Shown: piece by piece, positions 52,481 through 62,484 of the stretch
Position numbering within the stretch: the stretch's first letter is position 1
How the letters are laid out: every line of letters starts with the position of its first letter
Assembly (NCBI GenBank): GCA_035948935.1
Contig: DASZIP010000022.1
Location: 4,541-68,540, forward strand
DNA length: 64,000 nt
DNA from: Candidatus Methylacidiphilales bacterium
GTDB lineage: Bacteria > Verrucomicrobiota > Verrucomicrobiia > Methylacidiphilales > UBA1321
Direction of reading: 5' to 3'
Translations under genes and position numbers: made by a program
The notes under the pieces: model-generated
Told to the model about the DNA's origin: nothing
Database searches by the model: none
Seen by the model: only the letters and a program-made list of their open reading frames with translations

Positions 52481-52834
52481 TTATGAGCCGAAGAGAAAAA
52501 TCGAGCCGCACCAGAAGATTCCCCCACCGGCCATTATTACGCCCGGTGCGAGGATCCATTGATAATAGAAACCCATTTTATCGTGATATTGAGCATAGCA
52601 GTTGGCGAAAAGGATGATGGCGATGCCCAGGTAGGCCACGCCCATCAGAATCGCTTGCTTGCCCTCGACGGGGACAAACCGGAGAGAATAACGGAGCGCC
52701 CATATGGCGTATGAATGACGAGTCACGATTGAATAGATGCCCCACATCGTAAGAACGACGGGAACGGCGATGCCCAAAACATAACGCAGCCACCAAAAGT
52801 CGGTGTCATTGAGCGGAAGCTGGCGGTTCGGCAT
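52481..52834 (-). CDS. hypothetical membrane protein (117 aa, 3-4 TM)
   Basis: The ORF has clear hydrophobic segments and sits tightly between the UXS and GT-like genes. I recognise no family. Confidence 0.5.
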   Translation of the reverse strand: MPNRQLPLNDTDFWWLRYVLGIAVPVVLTMWGIYSIVTRHSYAIWALRYSLRFVPVEGKQAILMGVAYLGIAIILFANCYAQYHDKMGFYYQWILAPGVIMAGGGIFWCGSIFLFGS

Positions 52835-52852
52835 AAAACCGGAAGGCGCAGG

Positions 52853-53785
52853 CTACACCCGGCTCTTGAACCACGCGATGGTCTCGGTCAGCCCCGTTTC
52901 CAGGTCGACGACCGGTTTCCAGCCGAGCCGCTGCCAGGCGCGGGTGATGTCGGGCCGGCGCTGCTTCGGATCGTCCACCGGCAGGGGCAGGTGGGTGATC
53001 GTGCTTTTCGAGCCGACGAGCCGGACGATCCGCTCCGCGAATTCCTTGATCGTCAGTTCGTTCGGGTTGCCGATGTTGACCGGCTCATGGAAGTCGCTCT
53101 GGGAAAGCTTGAAGATGCCGTCGATGAGATCGGAGACGAAACAAAAGCTGCGGGTCTGTTTGCCGTCGCCGAAAATCGTGATCGGTTCGCCCTTGAGCGC
53201 CTCGCCGATGAAGGCGGGGACGACGCGGCCGTCCTTCAGCCTCATGCGCGGGCCGTAAGTGTTGAAGATGCGGACGATCTTCGTGTCGATTTTGTGGTAG
53301 CGGTGATAGGCCATCGTCATCGCCTCGGCGAAACGCTTGGCCTCGTCGTAGACGCCGCGCGGCCCGATCGGATTGACGTTGCCCCAGTATTCCTCGGTTT
53401 GCGGATGGACGAGCGGATCGCCGTAGCATTCCGAGGTCGATGCGAGCAGAAAGCCCGCGCCCTTCGCCCTGGCCAGGCCGAGCGCGTTGTGCGTTCCGAG
53501 CGAGCCGACCTTCAGCGTCTGGATCGGCAGCTCGAGGTAGTCGATCGGGCTTGCCGGCGAGGCGAAGTGGAAAACGATGTTCACATCGCCCGCCACCTCG
53601 AAGTGATTGCTCACGTCCTGCTTCTGAAAGCTGTAGTGCGGATTGTTTTTGAGGTGATCGAGATTGGCGGGGTTGCCCGTGATGAAATTATCGACACCGA
53701 CCACGCGAAATCCCTCCGCGAGAAGACGGTCGGTCAAGTGGCTGCCGAGAAACCCGGCCCCTCCGGTGACAACTGCGGTTTTCAT
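52853..53785 (-). CDS. UDP-glucuronate decarboxylase (UDP-xylose synthase)
   Basis: [17 protein letters not shown] (Rossmann)...STSECYGDP...YDEAKR (SDR Y-x-x-x-K)...; 310 aa with strong UXS-type similarity by eye. Confidence 0.9.
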   Translation of the reverse strand: MKTAVVTGGAGFLGSHLTDRLLAEGFRVVGVDNFITGNPANLDHLKNNPHYSFQKQDVSNHFEVAGDVNIVFHFASPASPIDYLELPIQTLKVGSLGTHNALGLARAKGAGFLLASTSECYGDPLVHPQTEEYWGNVNPIGPRGVYDEAKRFAEAMTMAYHRYHKIDTKIVRIFNTYGPRMRLKDGRVVPAFIGEALKGEPITIFGDGKQTRSFCFVSDLIDGIFKLSQSDFHEPVNIGNPNELTIKEFAERIVRLVGSKSTITHLPLPVDDPKQRRPDITRAWQRLGWKPVVDLETGLTETIAWFKSRV

Positions 53786-53830
53786 GGAAACGACTTTATC
53801 GGCAATCAGGCGTTTGACTAGTCCGGAGAA

Positions 53831-54385
53831 TTAATTCTCTTCCCGCGCCGGGATGAGTCCGCTCTGGCGCGCAAAATTAAAGATGCCGCCCGCGTCGACG
53901 ACCGGCTTGACTTCCCCCAGCGGCTTGAGGGGATAGGTCTTGCCGTTGGCGCGGAGTTCGTCCTTGTCGAAATCGACTTCGACGTGGTCGCCGGTTTTGA
54001 TTTCCTGGCTTAAAGGCACGGCGCTTTCGTACGGGTAAAGCTCGCCGGTGGCGATCGAGTTGCGGAAGAAAATCCGGGCGAAACCTTCCGCCACGACCAC
54101 CTCGCATCCGGCCGCGCCGAGGGCGATGGGGGCGTGCTCGCGCGACGAGCCGCAGCCGAAATTGCGTCCGCCGATGACGATCGGGTACTTGCTCTTCATC
54201 GAGCCTTCCTCGACGTAGCGCTTGGGGTAGAGCGAGTCAGGCAGGCCGATGAGCGCGTAGCTGCCGAGCTTTTCGTACTCCTCGGGAATGGTCGGCACGA
54301 GCGTGAGATATTGCGCGGGGATGATCTGGTCGGTGTCGATGTTGTGCTGCACCACGTAGGCGGGCCCGGAGATGACTGTTGGCAT
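53831..54385 (-). CDS. leuD: 3-isopropylmalate dehydratase small subunit (LeuD/aconitase swivel-domain type)
   Basis: ...HNIDTDQIIPAQYL...VIGGRNFGCGSSREHAPIAL...FARIFFRNSI... No large-subunit gene is adjacent. Confidence 0.85.
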   Translation of the reverse strand: MPTVISGPAYVVQHNIDTDQIIPAQYLTLVPTIPEEYEKLGSYALIGLPDSLYPKRYVEEGSMKSKYPIVIGGRNFGCGSSREHAPIALGAAGCEVVVAEGFARIFFRNSIATGELYPYESAVPLSQEIKTGDHVEVDFDKDELRANGKTYPLKPLGEVKPVVDAGGIFNFARQSGLIPAREEN

Positions 54386-54431
54386 GGAGTTAGTTTAGCA
54401 GAAGTGCGCGCGTCACGCTACTGCGTTCGTG

Positions 54432-54459
54432 GGTAGGGACGCGAGTCCCTTCGCGTCCC
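54432..54459. repeat. GGGACGCGA-hairpin extragenic repeat, copy 2
   Basis: GGTAGGGACGCGAGTCCCTTCGCGTCCC contains GGGACGCGA-GTCCCT-TCGCGTCCC, a 9-bp stem. It is the inverted copy of 10223-10250. Confidence 0.75.
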
Positions 54460-54561
54460 ATAAATCGTCGGACGGCAGGGGATTGGCCTCCCGGCCTTTT
54501 CCAGTCAGGGGCCCGGAATATCTTTTGCGCTATCGCGCGGGAATTGCCGTCCGTGCCAGGA

Positions 54562-55278
54562 TCATTTATAATAGAGATCGTAAGTCGCGGTAACCGCGGC
54601 ATTGATTTCGATCTGGCCGGGAATCGCGGCGGGCGTGCCGCCCCCGCGAAAGGCCATGCTGGCGGCCATCATCATCGGGCGGGGACCGTTGTCGGGCGTG
54701 CCTTCGATGATTTCGAGTGGTTTTTCGATGTAGCATCCGGCGGTGACGGCAAGGTCGTTTGCCTTGTCATGGGCATTGAGCAGCGCCTGCTTGAGCGTTT
54801 CCCTTTTCGTTTCGTCTTCCTTCGAGGAAGCGTAATCGACCGACTGCACCTGCAGGCCGTCAAGCTTCGACAGGGCGTCGGCGATCGGGCCGTACTTGTC
54901 GAAATCGATCAGCGTAAAGGTGAACTGGGTCGAGCAGCTATACGGATTTTTTTTGGCGAAGGAGTCGTCGCCCGGATAAAGATTTTTGTCGAAACGAATG
55001 CCGCCGGTTTGCAGGTCCTTGACGGCGTCGCCGAGGCTTTTGATGTAGTCGAGCGCGGCGCTGAGCGATGCGTCATGTCGGGCCTTCGCCTGTGCCAGGG
55101 TCGCCTCGTTGATGCTCACCTGCACGGTCCAGAGCATTTCGTCCGGCACGACCTTGATGATCGCGGTGCCGATGACCGTGACCTTGCGCACCGGCGCGTC
55201 GGCGAAAGCCGGAGCTGAAACGAGAAGCGGGAGGAGAAGCGCGGCAACGCCAAGTGCAAGTCGGGAGAAGGAAGTCAT
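54562..55278 (-). CDS. SIMPL-domain (DUF541) periplasmic protein
   Basis: Signal peptide MTSFSRLALGVAALLLPLLVSAPAFA, then ...VTVIGTAIIKVVPDEMLWTVQVS...AKARHDASLSAALDYIKSLG...IEINAAVTATYDL. Confidence 0.75.
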   Translation of the reverse strand: MTSFSRLALGVAALLLPLLVSAPAFADAPVRKVTVIGTAIIKVVPDEMLWTVQVSINEATLAQAKARHDASLSAALDYIKSLGDAVKDLQTGGIRFDKNLYPGDDSFAKKNPYSCSTQFTFTLIDFDKYGPIADALSKLDGLQVQSVDYASSKEDETKRETLKQALLNAHDKANDLAVTAGCYIEKPLEIIEGTPDNGPRPMMMAASMAFRGGGTPAAIPGQIEINAAVTATYDLYYK

Positions 55279-55303
55279 GGGAAATCGTTGAGCGGACGAA
55301 TGT

Positions 55304-55489
55304 TTATTGCTTCCACCACACATAGGTAACGTATCCCAAGCCAATCACGGCCACAATGATAAGAAGAGGAAGATAGCCGCCAAAAAAATCGTGCCAATAC
55401 GTTCCAATCGCAATTCCCAAGGCTAACATTCCCCATTTGAACAAGGCGCCTTGCCACCATTTCAATGTGAATGTTTTGAACGGATTCAT
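55304..55489 (-). CDS. hypothetical small membrane protein (61 aa)
   Basis: MNPFKTFTLKWWQGALFKWGMLALGIAIGTYWHDFFGGYLPLLIIVAVIGLGYVTYVWWKQ has two TM helices. Confidence 0.4.
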   Translation of the reverse strand: MNPFKTFTLKWWQGALFKWGMLALGIAIGTYWHDFFGGYLPLLIIVAVIGLGYVTYVWWKQ

Positions 55490-55642
55490 GTAAGCCCCTT
55501 TTCTGCCAAGGCTAATATAGCCTATTTTCAGGACGTGTCTTCAAAATAGGGCAATGCGGCAGCGCACGACTTTTCGTTTTGAAAATCGCGGCGTCGGGCT
55601 AGAGTGAATTCGCAGCGACCCGGTTCCCGCTCCGTCATCATC

Positions 55643-56614
55643 ATGCCCGTCCAGTTCAAAGACTATTACGAAACTCTGGGCGTGGCGCGCACCGCCTCCG
55701 CCGATGAAATCAAGAAGGCCTTTCGCCGCCTTGCCCGCATTCATCATCCCGACGTTGCGAAAAACAAGGCTGCCGGCGAGGCGAAATTCAAGGAGATCAA
55801 CGAAGCCTACGAAGTCCTGAGCGATCCCGAGAAGCGCCGGAAATACGACCAGCTCGGCGCGAACTGGGAGCACGGCCAGGAATTCCACGCGCCCGGACAC
55901 GAGACCTATCGCCGCAGCGCTCATTTTCCCGAGGGCGAGTCGCCCTTTGAATTCACGGGCACCGGCTTCAGCGATTTCTTCGAGGCTTTTTTCGCCGGAA
56001 GCCGCGACCATCCCGGCTCTTTCCGGCGCACCTCTTTCCACGCCGACGATGCGACACTGGCCGCGCGCGGACACGACGCCGAAGCCGATATTCTCGTGAC
56101 GCTCGAGGAGGCGCTGCATGGCGCGAAACGCCAGATCACGGTGCGCAGACCCGAAGGGGACGGCGAGACCGAACGGACCGACACCTACCAGGTGAAGATT
56201 CCGCCCGGCGTGCGCGAGGGGAAGCGGATTCGCCTCGCGGGCCAGGGCGGTCCCGGTCGCGCGGGCGGCCCGGCGGGCGATCTTTTCCTGCGCGTCCGCC
56301 TGGCGAAGCATCCCGATTTTCGCGTCGAGGGGGCCGACCTCCATTACGACGTTCATCTCGCGCCGTGGGAGGCTGTCCTGGGCAAACAGGTCCCGATTCC
56401 GACGCTCGACGGCTCGGCGATGCTCAACGTGAAACCGTGCGCGCAGGCCGGCGCCGTTCTCCGCCTGCGCGGCCTCGGCCTGCCCAAGGACGACGCCCGG
56501 CGCGGCGATCTCTACGCGACCGTCTGCATCGAAAGCCCCGAATCGGTCACCGAGGAGGAAAAGAAACTGTGGGAGCAGCTTGCCGCGAAGTCGGGTTTTA
56601 ACCCGCGGGCTTGA
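55643..56614 (+). CDS. cbpA: DnaJ-class co-chaperone, CbpA type (J domain plus C-terminal domains, no Zn finger)
   Basis: [38 protein letters not shown] (HPD motif)...; DnaJ_C-type C-terminus. Confidence 0.85.
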   Translation: MPVQFKDYYETLGVARTASADEIKKAFRRLARIHHPDVAKNKAAGEAKFKEINEAYEVLSDPEKRRKYDQLGANWEHGQEFHAPGHETYRRSAHFPEGESPFEFTGTGFSDFFEAFFAGSRDHPGSFRRTSFHADDATLAARGHDAEADILVTLEEALHGAKRQITVRRPEGDGETERTDTYQVKIPPGVREGKRIRLAGQGGPGRAGGPAGDLFLRVRLAKHPDFRVEGADLHYDVHLAPWEAVLGKQVPIPTLDGSAMLNVKPCAQAGAVLRLRGLGLPKDDARRGDLYATVCIESPESVTEEEKKLWEQLAAKSGFNPRA

Positions 56615-56762
56615 TTTTGGAGAGTAGGATTCCGGCCTGAGCCTGATTTGGATGGGGCTTTTCCGGTTTGGCTTAAATGGCTTTCGTGTCCTCTATTTTT
56701 AGCCCATCTTGCGCATCGAGGAGATTTAGCGGGGTGGAAAGCGATCCGTGGCAGGCGTGGTT

Positions 56763-57942
56763 TCGCACAGAGGACCGAAGAGAAGGAAGGCAGAGGAAAG
56801 GCAGAGTGATTTTTATGCGGAGAAGCTCTGGCTATTTGGCTTCACGATTGCTAAAAAGATGCCTGTCCCCTATTCTCTATTCTACCTCCGGTCATTTGAC
56901 TCGTGCGGCCCGTACCGAAGAGGTAGCCTGCAGTAGGCCTCTTATAGGCAAGCAATTCCCATGAGCGCGCCAACTGACCGCATTCCTACGTCTCGCTACC
57001 TATATTATCTCGTTCGCACTTCGATTATTTTATTCGCCGGTCTATTTTTTGGGATCGTGATTTTGGTAGCGGTGGGAATCACGAGTGATTTTCTCCTCGA
57101 CCGTCGCTACGACGAAGCGCGCGCCAGGCTTGATCCCAAATTGAGAGATGCAGGCTTTACTCCGTCCGTCACGAATGAAGCGAACAGTTTAACTGAACTT
57201 TCGTCGAAGTCCCCGGATGGCGCCTGGGCCATGACAGCTCAATCCGTGTCGGGTCGCGGCTGGAACTGGGGCATCCGCAACAATAAAACGGGGAAGGTCT
57301 ACTTTCAGGATGAGAAGATTCAGTCCAATCGTGCCTTTCCGGACGGGTGCTCGGCGTTGTGGAGCCCAGACAGCCGGTATGTCGCGGTGGCGACGGCGTG
57401 GGGAACAGATACGGACTACGTCAGCGTCATCAACCTGTCCGGAGTGGATCCCACCTTCACGGCTTTTTCCGGAGATGGTCCTGATTATTACGTTTACCCG
57501 CTCAAGGATATTTTGCTGAAACCGGCTGATGCCTCGATTGCCGGAGAATGGATGGAGCAACGCACTGAGGCCCTGAAATGGGAAAATCCAACCGATCTAA
57601 ATTTGGTGGCCTATCTCATCATTCGCCTGGGCGATTTCAGCAAGCCCGAGCGCGCAGCCGCCGCTCACCTGACCCTGCGGTTTTCGGGCAACGCTTTCAC
57701 GGTGCTTGCCAGGCACGATGAGTTTTACGAGGAACTTCCCGTGACTGGCTCGCCATGATTGGAAATTAAAAGCGAAAATGGAGCTGAGGAAAAAGAAGGA
57801 AAAGGGGACAGGCATCTTTTCTTGGTTACAAATGCAACATGGGAACGAGGGAGGCAAATATATGGGGTCAGGATAGAGTCTGACCCTCCCTAAAAATCAT
57901 CCTGCTTGCCCTCTGCCTCCCACCTCTTCAGTCCTCTGTGCG
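56763..57942. repeat. Long imperfect inverted repeats bracketing an orphan gene
   Basis: Outer arms: 56763-56816 TCGCACAGAGGACCGAAGAGAAGGAAGGCAGAGGAAAGGCAGAGTGATTTTTAT and the reverse complement of 57890-57942, CGCACAGAGGACTGAAGAGGTGGGAGGCAGAGGGCAAGCAGGATGATTTTTAG. Inner arms: 56852-56872 TAAAAAGATGCCTGTCCCCTA and 57800-57820 AAAAGGGGACAGGCATCTTTT. Confidence 0.8.
56961..57758 (+). CDS. hypothetical membrane-anchored protein (265 aa)
   Basis: N-terminal TM (LVRTSIILFAGLFFGIVILVAVGI), then a soluble domain. I recognise no family. The GC content is visibly lower than in the neighbours. Confidence 0.5.
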   Translation: MSAPTDRIPTSRYLYYLVRTSIILFAGLFFGIVILVAVGITSDFLLDRRYDEARARLDPKLRDAGFTPSVTNEANSLTELSSKSPDGAWAMTAQSVSGRGWNWGIRNNKTGKVYFQDEKIQSNRAFPDGCSALWSPDSRYVAVATAWGTDTDYVSVINLSGVDPTFTAFSGDGPDYYVYPLKDILLKPADASIAGEWMEQRTEALKWENPTDLNLVAYLIIRLGDFSKPERAAAAHLTLRFSGNAFTVLARHDEFYEELPVTGSP

Positions 57943-57962
57943 AAATAATCAGGGAATCAGGG

Positions 57963-58835
57963 TCAGGCCGGAGGCTGACCCTCCAGGATAACGGCGAGCT
58001 TTTTGGCGGTGGCTTCGGGCCAGTGCTCCTTTTGGGTGAGGATGGCATACTTGAGGGCTTCGTGGGCCTTGGCATGGGTCAGCTTTGCGACGCGGGGGAC
58101 GGCTTCGAGGAGGATGGCCTGTGCGGTGGCCGTGTTTTTGTGGAGCCATTGGACGACCATTTCGACGGTGACGCTGTCGTGGTCGGGATGCCAGCAGTCG
58201 TAATCGGTGACCATGGCGACGGTGGCGTAGGCGATTTGCGCTTCGCGGGCGAGCTTGGCTTCGACGAGGTTGGTCATGCCGACGATGGCGTGACCGGAGC
58301 TGCGGTAGGTTTCCGACTCGGCCCGGGTCGAGAATTGGGGCCCTTCGATGTTTACGTAGGTGCCGCCTTTGTGGACGGTGGCCCCGGCGGCCTGAGCGGA
58401 GGCGTGGAGGACGTCCTGCAATTCGGGGCTGACCGGGTCGCCGAAAGCGACGTGGGCGACGATGCCTTCGCCGAAGAAGGTGTCGGCGGCGCGGCCCTTG
58501 GTCCGGTCGAAGAACTGGTCGGGCAGGACGACGTCGCCGGGCGCGTAGTCGTGCTGGAGGGAGCCGACGGCGCTGATGCTGATGATCCAGCGCGCGCCAA
58601 GCTGCCTGAAGCCGTGGATGTTGGCCCGGTGCGGAATTTCGCTTGGGAGAAGCCTGTGGCCGCGGCCGTGGCGGGGGAGGAAGGCGACGTCGTGGCCGGC
58701 GAGTTGGCCGCGGATGTAGGCGTCGGAGGGCGGGCCGAAGGGCGTGTCGAGGCGGAGTTCCTTCTGCCCGGTGAAAGCGGCGAGCTGGTAGAGACCGCTG
58801 CCGCCGATGATTCCGATGGGCGGGGGGAGAGACAT
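57963..58835 (-). CDS. mtnP: S-methyl-5'-thioadenosine phosphorylase
   Basis: [18 protein letters not shown]...[22 protein letters not shown]...[10 protein letters not shown]...[15 protein letters not shown]... The start is the internal ATG at 58833-58835. Confidence 0.9.
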   Translation of the reverse strand: MSLPPPIGIIGGSGLYQLAAFTGQKELRLDTPFGPPSDAYIRGQLAGHDVAFLPRHGRGHRLLPSEIPHRANIHGFRQLGARWIISISAVGSLQHDYAPGDVVLPDQFFDRTKGRAADTFFGEGIVAHVAFGDPVSPELQDVLHASAQAAGATVHKGGTYVNIEGPQFSTRAESETYRSSGHAIVGMTNLVEAKLAREAQIAYATVAMVTDYDCWHPDHDSVTVEMVVQWLHKNTATAQAILLEAVPRVAKLTHAKAHEALKYAILTQKEHWPEATAKKLAVILEGQPPA

Positions 58836-59005
58836 ACCCTGGACTTTTGAGGAAGTGGCGCGGCGGTGCAATACTGATCTTTTCGCGGCTTCCTCGTAAA
58901 CGGCGTTGCGGGTAATAATGACTTGAGTTGTTTAAAGGGATTAGCCAATAGTGGAGGTTGGCGAATCGGTTTTCCGCGCTATTTTCCAAATCAGAAATAA
59001 AAGCA

Positions 59006-61858
59006 ATGCCAGCCGCCCCTCTTCCCGCAAACGAGGCCCAACGTCTCGAAGCGTTGCGGGCCTTGAACCTGCTCGATACGCCTCCGGAGGAGCGCTTCGA
59101 CCGGATCACCCGCCTGGCCGCGCGCATCCTGAACGTGCCGATGGCCTGCGTGACCCTGATCGACGAAAAACGGGATTTCTTCAAATCCCGGCACGGCTTC
59201 GATTTGGTTGAGGCGAGCCGGGAAGAATCGTTCTGCCCGTACACGATCCTCGAGAACAAGCAACTGGTCGTGCCGGATGCCACGCTGGACGCCCGTTTCA
59301 AGGAGAGTCCCTACGTTACGGGGAAGCCCAACGTCCGGTTTTACGTCGGCAACCCGATCGCGGCGGTGGACGGAAGCCTGGTCGGAGCGCTTTGCGTGAT
59401 GGATCACCAGCCGCGGGTTCCGAGCGCGGAAGACCTGGCGGTGTTGCGCGATCTTTCGCTGATCGCCCAGAACGAGCTGAACCTGGGCGAGCTGTCGACG
59501 GCTTACAAGGTGCAGCAGCAGACCGAGGAAAAGCTGCGGCAGAGCGAGGCGCGGTTTCGCGATGTGGTCGATATTCCGGGGAAGTTTGTCTGGGAAACGA
59601 CGCTTGAGGGAAAGACGCTCTTCATGTCCGAGCGGGTGAAGGACGTGCTCGGCTACAGCGCCGAGGAGATGACCAAACGGGGTTTTTTCGAGGGGGTGGT
59701 GGAGCAGGACGCGATCATTGCCAAGGCGAAGTTTTACTACGCGGCGCAGAAGGGCCAGCGCTTCAGCGATCTCGAATTCCGTTGCAAGACCAGGGACGGA
59801 AGCATCATCTGGCTGTCGGCGCGGGGCGCGCCGATGTACGAAAAGGACGGGGAAAAGCTTATCGCCTACCGGGGCGTTTGTCAGAACATCACCGAGCGCA
59901 AGCAGATTGAGCAGGAGTTGATCACGGCGAAGGACGCGGCCGAAAGCGCGAACCGGGCGAAGTCGGAATTTCTCGCCAACATGAGCCACGAAATCCGCAC
60001 GCCGATGAACGCCATCGTGGGAATGACCGGGCTTCTGCTCGGGACGAATCTTAACTCGGAACAGCGCGATTATTCGCAGACGATCCGGCAGAGTGCCGAC
60101 ACGCTTTTGACGATCATCAGCGAGATCCTCGACTTTTCCAAAATCGAGGCGGGCAAGCTCGAACTCGAGGACCATGCGTTCGACCTGCCGGTGCTGGTGG
60201 AGGAGGCGATTGATTGCGTGGCGATCCAGGCGAGTGAAAAAGGGATCGAGTTGTTCTGGCAGATTGCGCCCGATATGCCGCCCGGCTTTACGGGGGACGT
60301 GACGCGCCTGCGGCAAATCCTGGTGAACCTCCTGGCGAACGCGGTCCGGTTCACCGCGAAGGGCGACGTGAGCATCAACGTGACCCGTGCGGAAAACGAG
60401 GGGGGCGATTATTTCGTCCTCTTTTCGGTGTGGGACACGGGGATCGGCATTCCGGCGGACAAGGTGGACCGGCTTTTTCAATCCTTTTCGCAGGTCGATG
60501 CGTCGACGACGCGGAAATTCGGGGGCACCGGCCTGGGGCTGGCGATCAGCCGCAAATTGACGGAGATGATGGGGGGGAACATCTGGGTCGAAAGCGAGGA
60601 CGGGAAGGGATCGGGATTTCATGTGGCGATTCCGCTGAAGGAAGCGCTTCCGCCGAAGCCGCTGGTTCCGAATCCCATCCTCAAGGGGAAGACGCTGATC
60701 ATCGCCGCGCCGCATCACGGCGTGCGGTCGATGATCGAAGGGCTGGTGCAAAGCTGGGGCATGACGACCGTTTCGGTGGGAACGGCCGGCGAGGTGATGG
60801 AAAAATTGCGGGCGGGCCTGACCTTCCACGGCGCCGTGATCGAGGAGGAGCTTCCCGATCAGCCGGGCAAGGACCTCGCGCAGGACATGCGCCGCCAGCG
60901 GGGGTCGGCGAGCGCGCCGTGCATCCTGCTTTGCTCGCTCCAGCAGCAGGCGGCGTACGGGCAAAATCTCCCGCCGGGATTCGTCGCGTGCCTGGCCAAG
61001 CCGGTCCATTTTCAGCAATTGCACGGCATCCTGGCCACATCGCTCAAAGGCGGAAAGGTGACCAACAAGCTTTTGCGTTCCACGGGCCGGATCGACACCG
61101 GGTTCGGCCAGCGGCGCCCGCTGCGGCTGCTCCTGGCGGAGGACAACATCATCAACCAGAAGGTCGCGACGCGGATTCTCAGCCAGATGGGTTATCGCCC
61201 GGACGTCGTGCACAACGGCCTGGAAGTCCTCGAGGCGCTTGAACGGCAGAAGTACGACGTGATCCTGATGGACGTGCAGATGCCCGACATGGACGGGCTC
61301 GATGCGACGCGCCAGATTCGCTTGAGATATACGGGGGTGAAGCGGCCGTGGATCATCGCGATGACGGCCAACGCGATGGATTCGGACCGCAAGAACTGTT
61401 TCGACGCCGGCATGGACGGCTACCTGAGCAAGCCGGTGCGCATCGAGGCGCTCGAAGCCGAGCTGACCCGCTCGTCGGAAAACATCGGGCAGGTCGTCGA
61501 TTTCTCCGTCCTTTCCCGCTTTGGCGAGATGACCGGTTCGGGGTCGGAGGCGGTGCGCGAACTGGTCGAGATTTTTTCGGAGGAGACGCCGCAGGCCCTG
61601 AAGCAAATTCACGACGACATCGAGCGCCGGCACGTTCAGGGCATCAGCATCGCGGCGATGCAACTGGGCCGTGCGTGCCAGAACTTCGGGGCGGAGCGGA
61701 TGCAGATGCTTTGCTCGAGCCTCCAGGCCGCCGGGAAAAGCAGTGACTTTGTGCTGGCCGCCGAATTTGCCGACCGGCTCGAAGCCGAATTTGAGATCGT
61801 CAAGACGACGCTCGAAGAGTTCGCGAAGTCGGGTTCGTCGCCGTCGCAGAGTAATTAG
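59006..61858 (+). CDS. hybrid sensor histidine kinase / response regulator (GAF-PAS-HisKA-HATPase-REC-REC-Hpt)
   Basis: The GAF-like N-terminus follows the LPANEAQRLEALR motif, then a PAS domain. H-box: FLANMSHEIRTPMNAI. HATPase: GGTGLGLAISRKL. Receiver: LLLAEDNIINQKV...ILMDVQMPDMDG. The C-terminus is Hpt-like. Confidence 0.9.
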   Translation: MPAAPLPANEAQRLEALRALNLLDTPPEERFDRITRLAARILNVPMACVTLIDEKRDFFKSRHGFDLVEASREESFCPYTILENKQLVVPDATLDARFKESPYVTGKPNVRFYVGNPIAAVDGSLVGALCVMDHQPRVPSAEDLAVLRDLSLIAQNELNLGELSTAYKVQQQTEEKLRQSEARFRDVVDIPGKFVWETTLEGKTLFMSERVKDVLGYSAEEMTKRGFFEGVVEQDAIIAKAKFYYAAQKGQRFSDLEFRCKTRDGSIIWLSARGAPMYEKDGEKLIAYRGVCQNITERKQIEQELITAKDAAESANRAKSEFLANMSHEIRTPMNAIVGMTGLLLGTNLNSEQRDYSQTIRQSADTLLTIISEILDFSKIEAGKLELEDHAFDLPVLVEEAIDCVAIQASEKGIELFWQIAPDMPPGFTGDVTRLRQILVNLLANAVRFTAKGDVSINVTRAENEGGDYFVLFSVWDTGIGIPADKVDRLFQSFSQVDASTTRKFGGTGLGLAISRKLTEMMGGNIWVESEDGKGSGFHVAIPLKEALPPKPLVPNPILKGKTLIIAAPHHGVRSMIEGLVQSWGMTTVSVGTAGEVMEKLRAGLTFHGAVIEEELPDQPGKDLAQDMRRQRGSASAPCILLCSLQQQAAYGQNLPPGFVACLAKPVHFQQLHGILATSLKGGKVTNKLLRSTGRIDTGFGQRRPLRLLLAEDNIINQKVATRILSQMGYRPDVVHNGLEVLEALERQKYDVILMDVQMPDMDGLDATRQIRLRYTGVKRPWIIAMTANAMDSDRKNCFDAGMDGYLSKPVRIEALEAELTRSSENIGQVVDFSVLSRFGEMTGSGSEAVRELVEIFSEETPQALKQIHDDIERRHVQGISIAAMQLGRACQNFGAERMQMLCSSLQAAGKSSDFVLAAEFADRLEAEFEIVKTTLEEFAKSGSSPSQSN

Positions 61859-62046
61859 AGGCCGTTTATCTTCAAATTAGCGACCACCTGTTCGAACGGA
61901 ATGGTCGGGTCATTGGCGCGCTCGGCGATCACAGCCAAGTCATCAAGGTCTTCCAACAAGGCTTCATACTCAGCCAGTGGCAGAATAACGGAGGTCTTTT
62001 CCCCTTTTTGGTCGGTGACGAACTGAGCATTCGGACTCATAGACAA
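61855..62046 (-). CDS. Phd/YefM/RelB-type antitoxin (orphan)
   Basis: MSMSPNAQFVTDQKGEKTSVILPLAEYEALLEDLDDLAVIAERANDPTIPFEQV... is a typical antitoxin pattern. Its stop overlaps the convergent kinase stop by 4 nt. No toxin ORF is adjacent. Confidence 0.6.
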   Translation of the reverse strand: MSMSPNAQFVTDQKGEKTSVILPLAEYEALLEDLDDLAVIAERANDPTIPFEQVVANLKINGL

Positions 62047-62136
62047 AGGGTAATCGATACGGCGGGATTGTCGAGGCCATTGCGTTCCTCGTTCCCAAGT
62101 TGCACTTGGGAATGAGGGAGAGGGAAGCCAAGTCGC

Positions 62137-62382
62137 CTACCGCCCGTCGGCCTTGTTCGGCGGAGGCGGCACGACGCCCTGATCCGAGACGGAGGAGGGA
62201 TACGAGGCGTCGCCGCCCGGATGGGGATTCTGGTCCGTGACCGGACTGTTGAGGGTCGAACCCGAGTAGCTGCCGTTCGGTTCGGCATCCTCGCCGGAGC
62301 CGACGTTGAGTCCATTGACGCCCGAGCAGGCGGTCGCCATCAATGTCAGTCCAAGCAGAAAAGCGGCAAAAATCCTTGGCAC
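62137..62382 (-). CDS. putative small lipoprotein
   Basis: Possible GTG start at 62380-62382. (M)PRIFAAFLLGLTLMATACSG is followed by a Gly/Ser/Pro-rich tail. The longer track ORF begins inside a word-repeat array. Confidence 0.35.
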   Translation of the reverse strand: MPRIFAAFLLGLTLMATACSGVNGLNVGSGEDAEPNGSYSGSTLNSPVTDQNPHPGGDASYPSSVSDQGVVPPPPNKADGR

Positions 62383-62484
62383 GGCGTAACTGAATACCTC
62401 GTAACTTCCCAATGTGCGAGAAAAAGCTGGAAGACAAACCAAATTGCCAAATGAACCAAGTTGCCAATTAGTAATTTGGCCATC

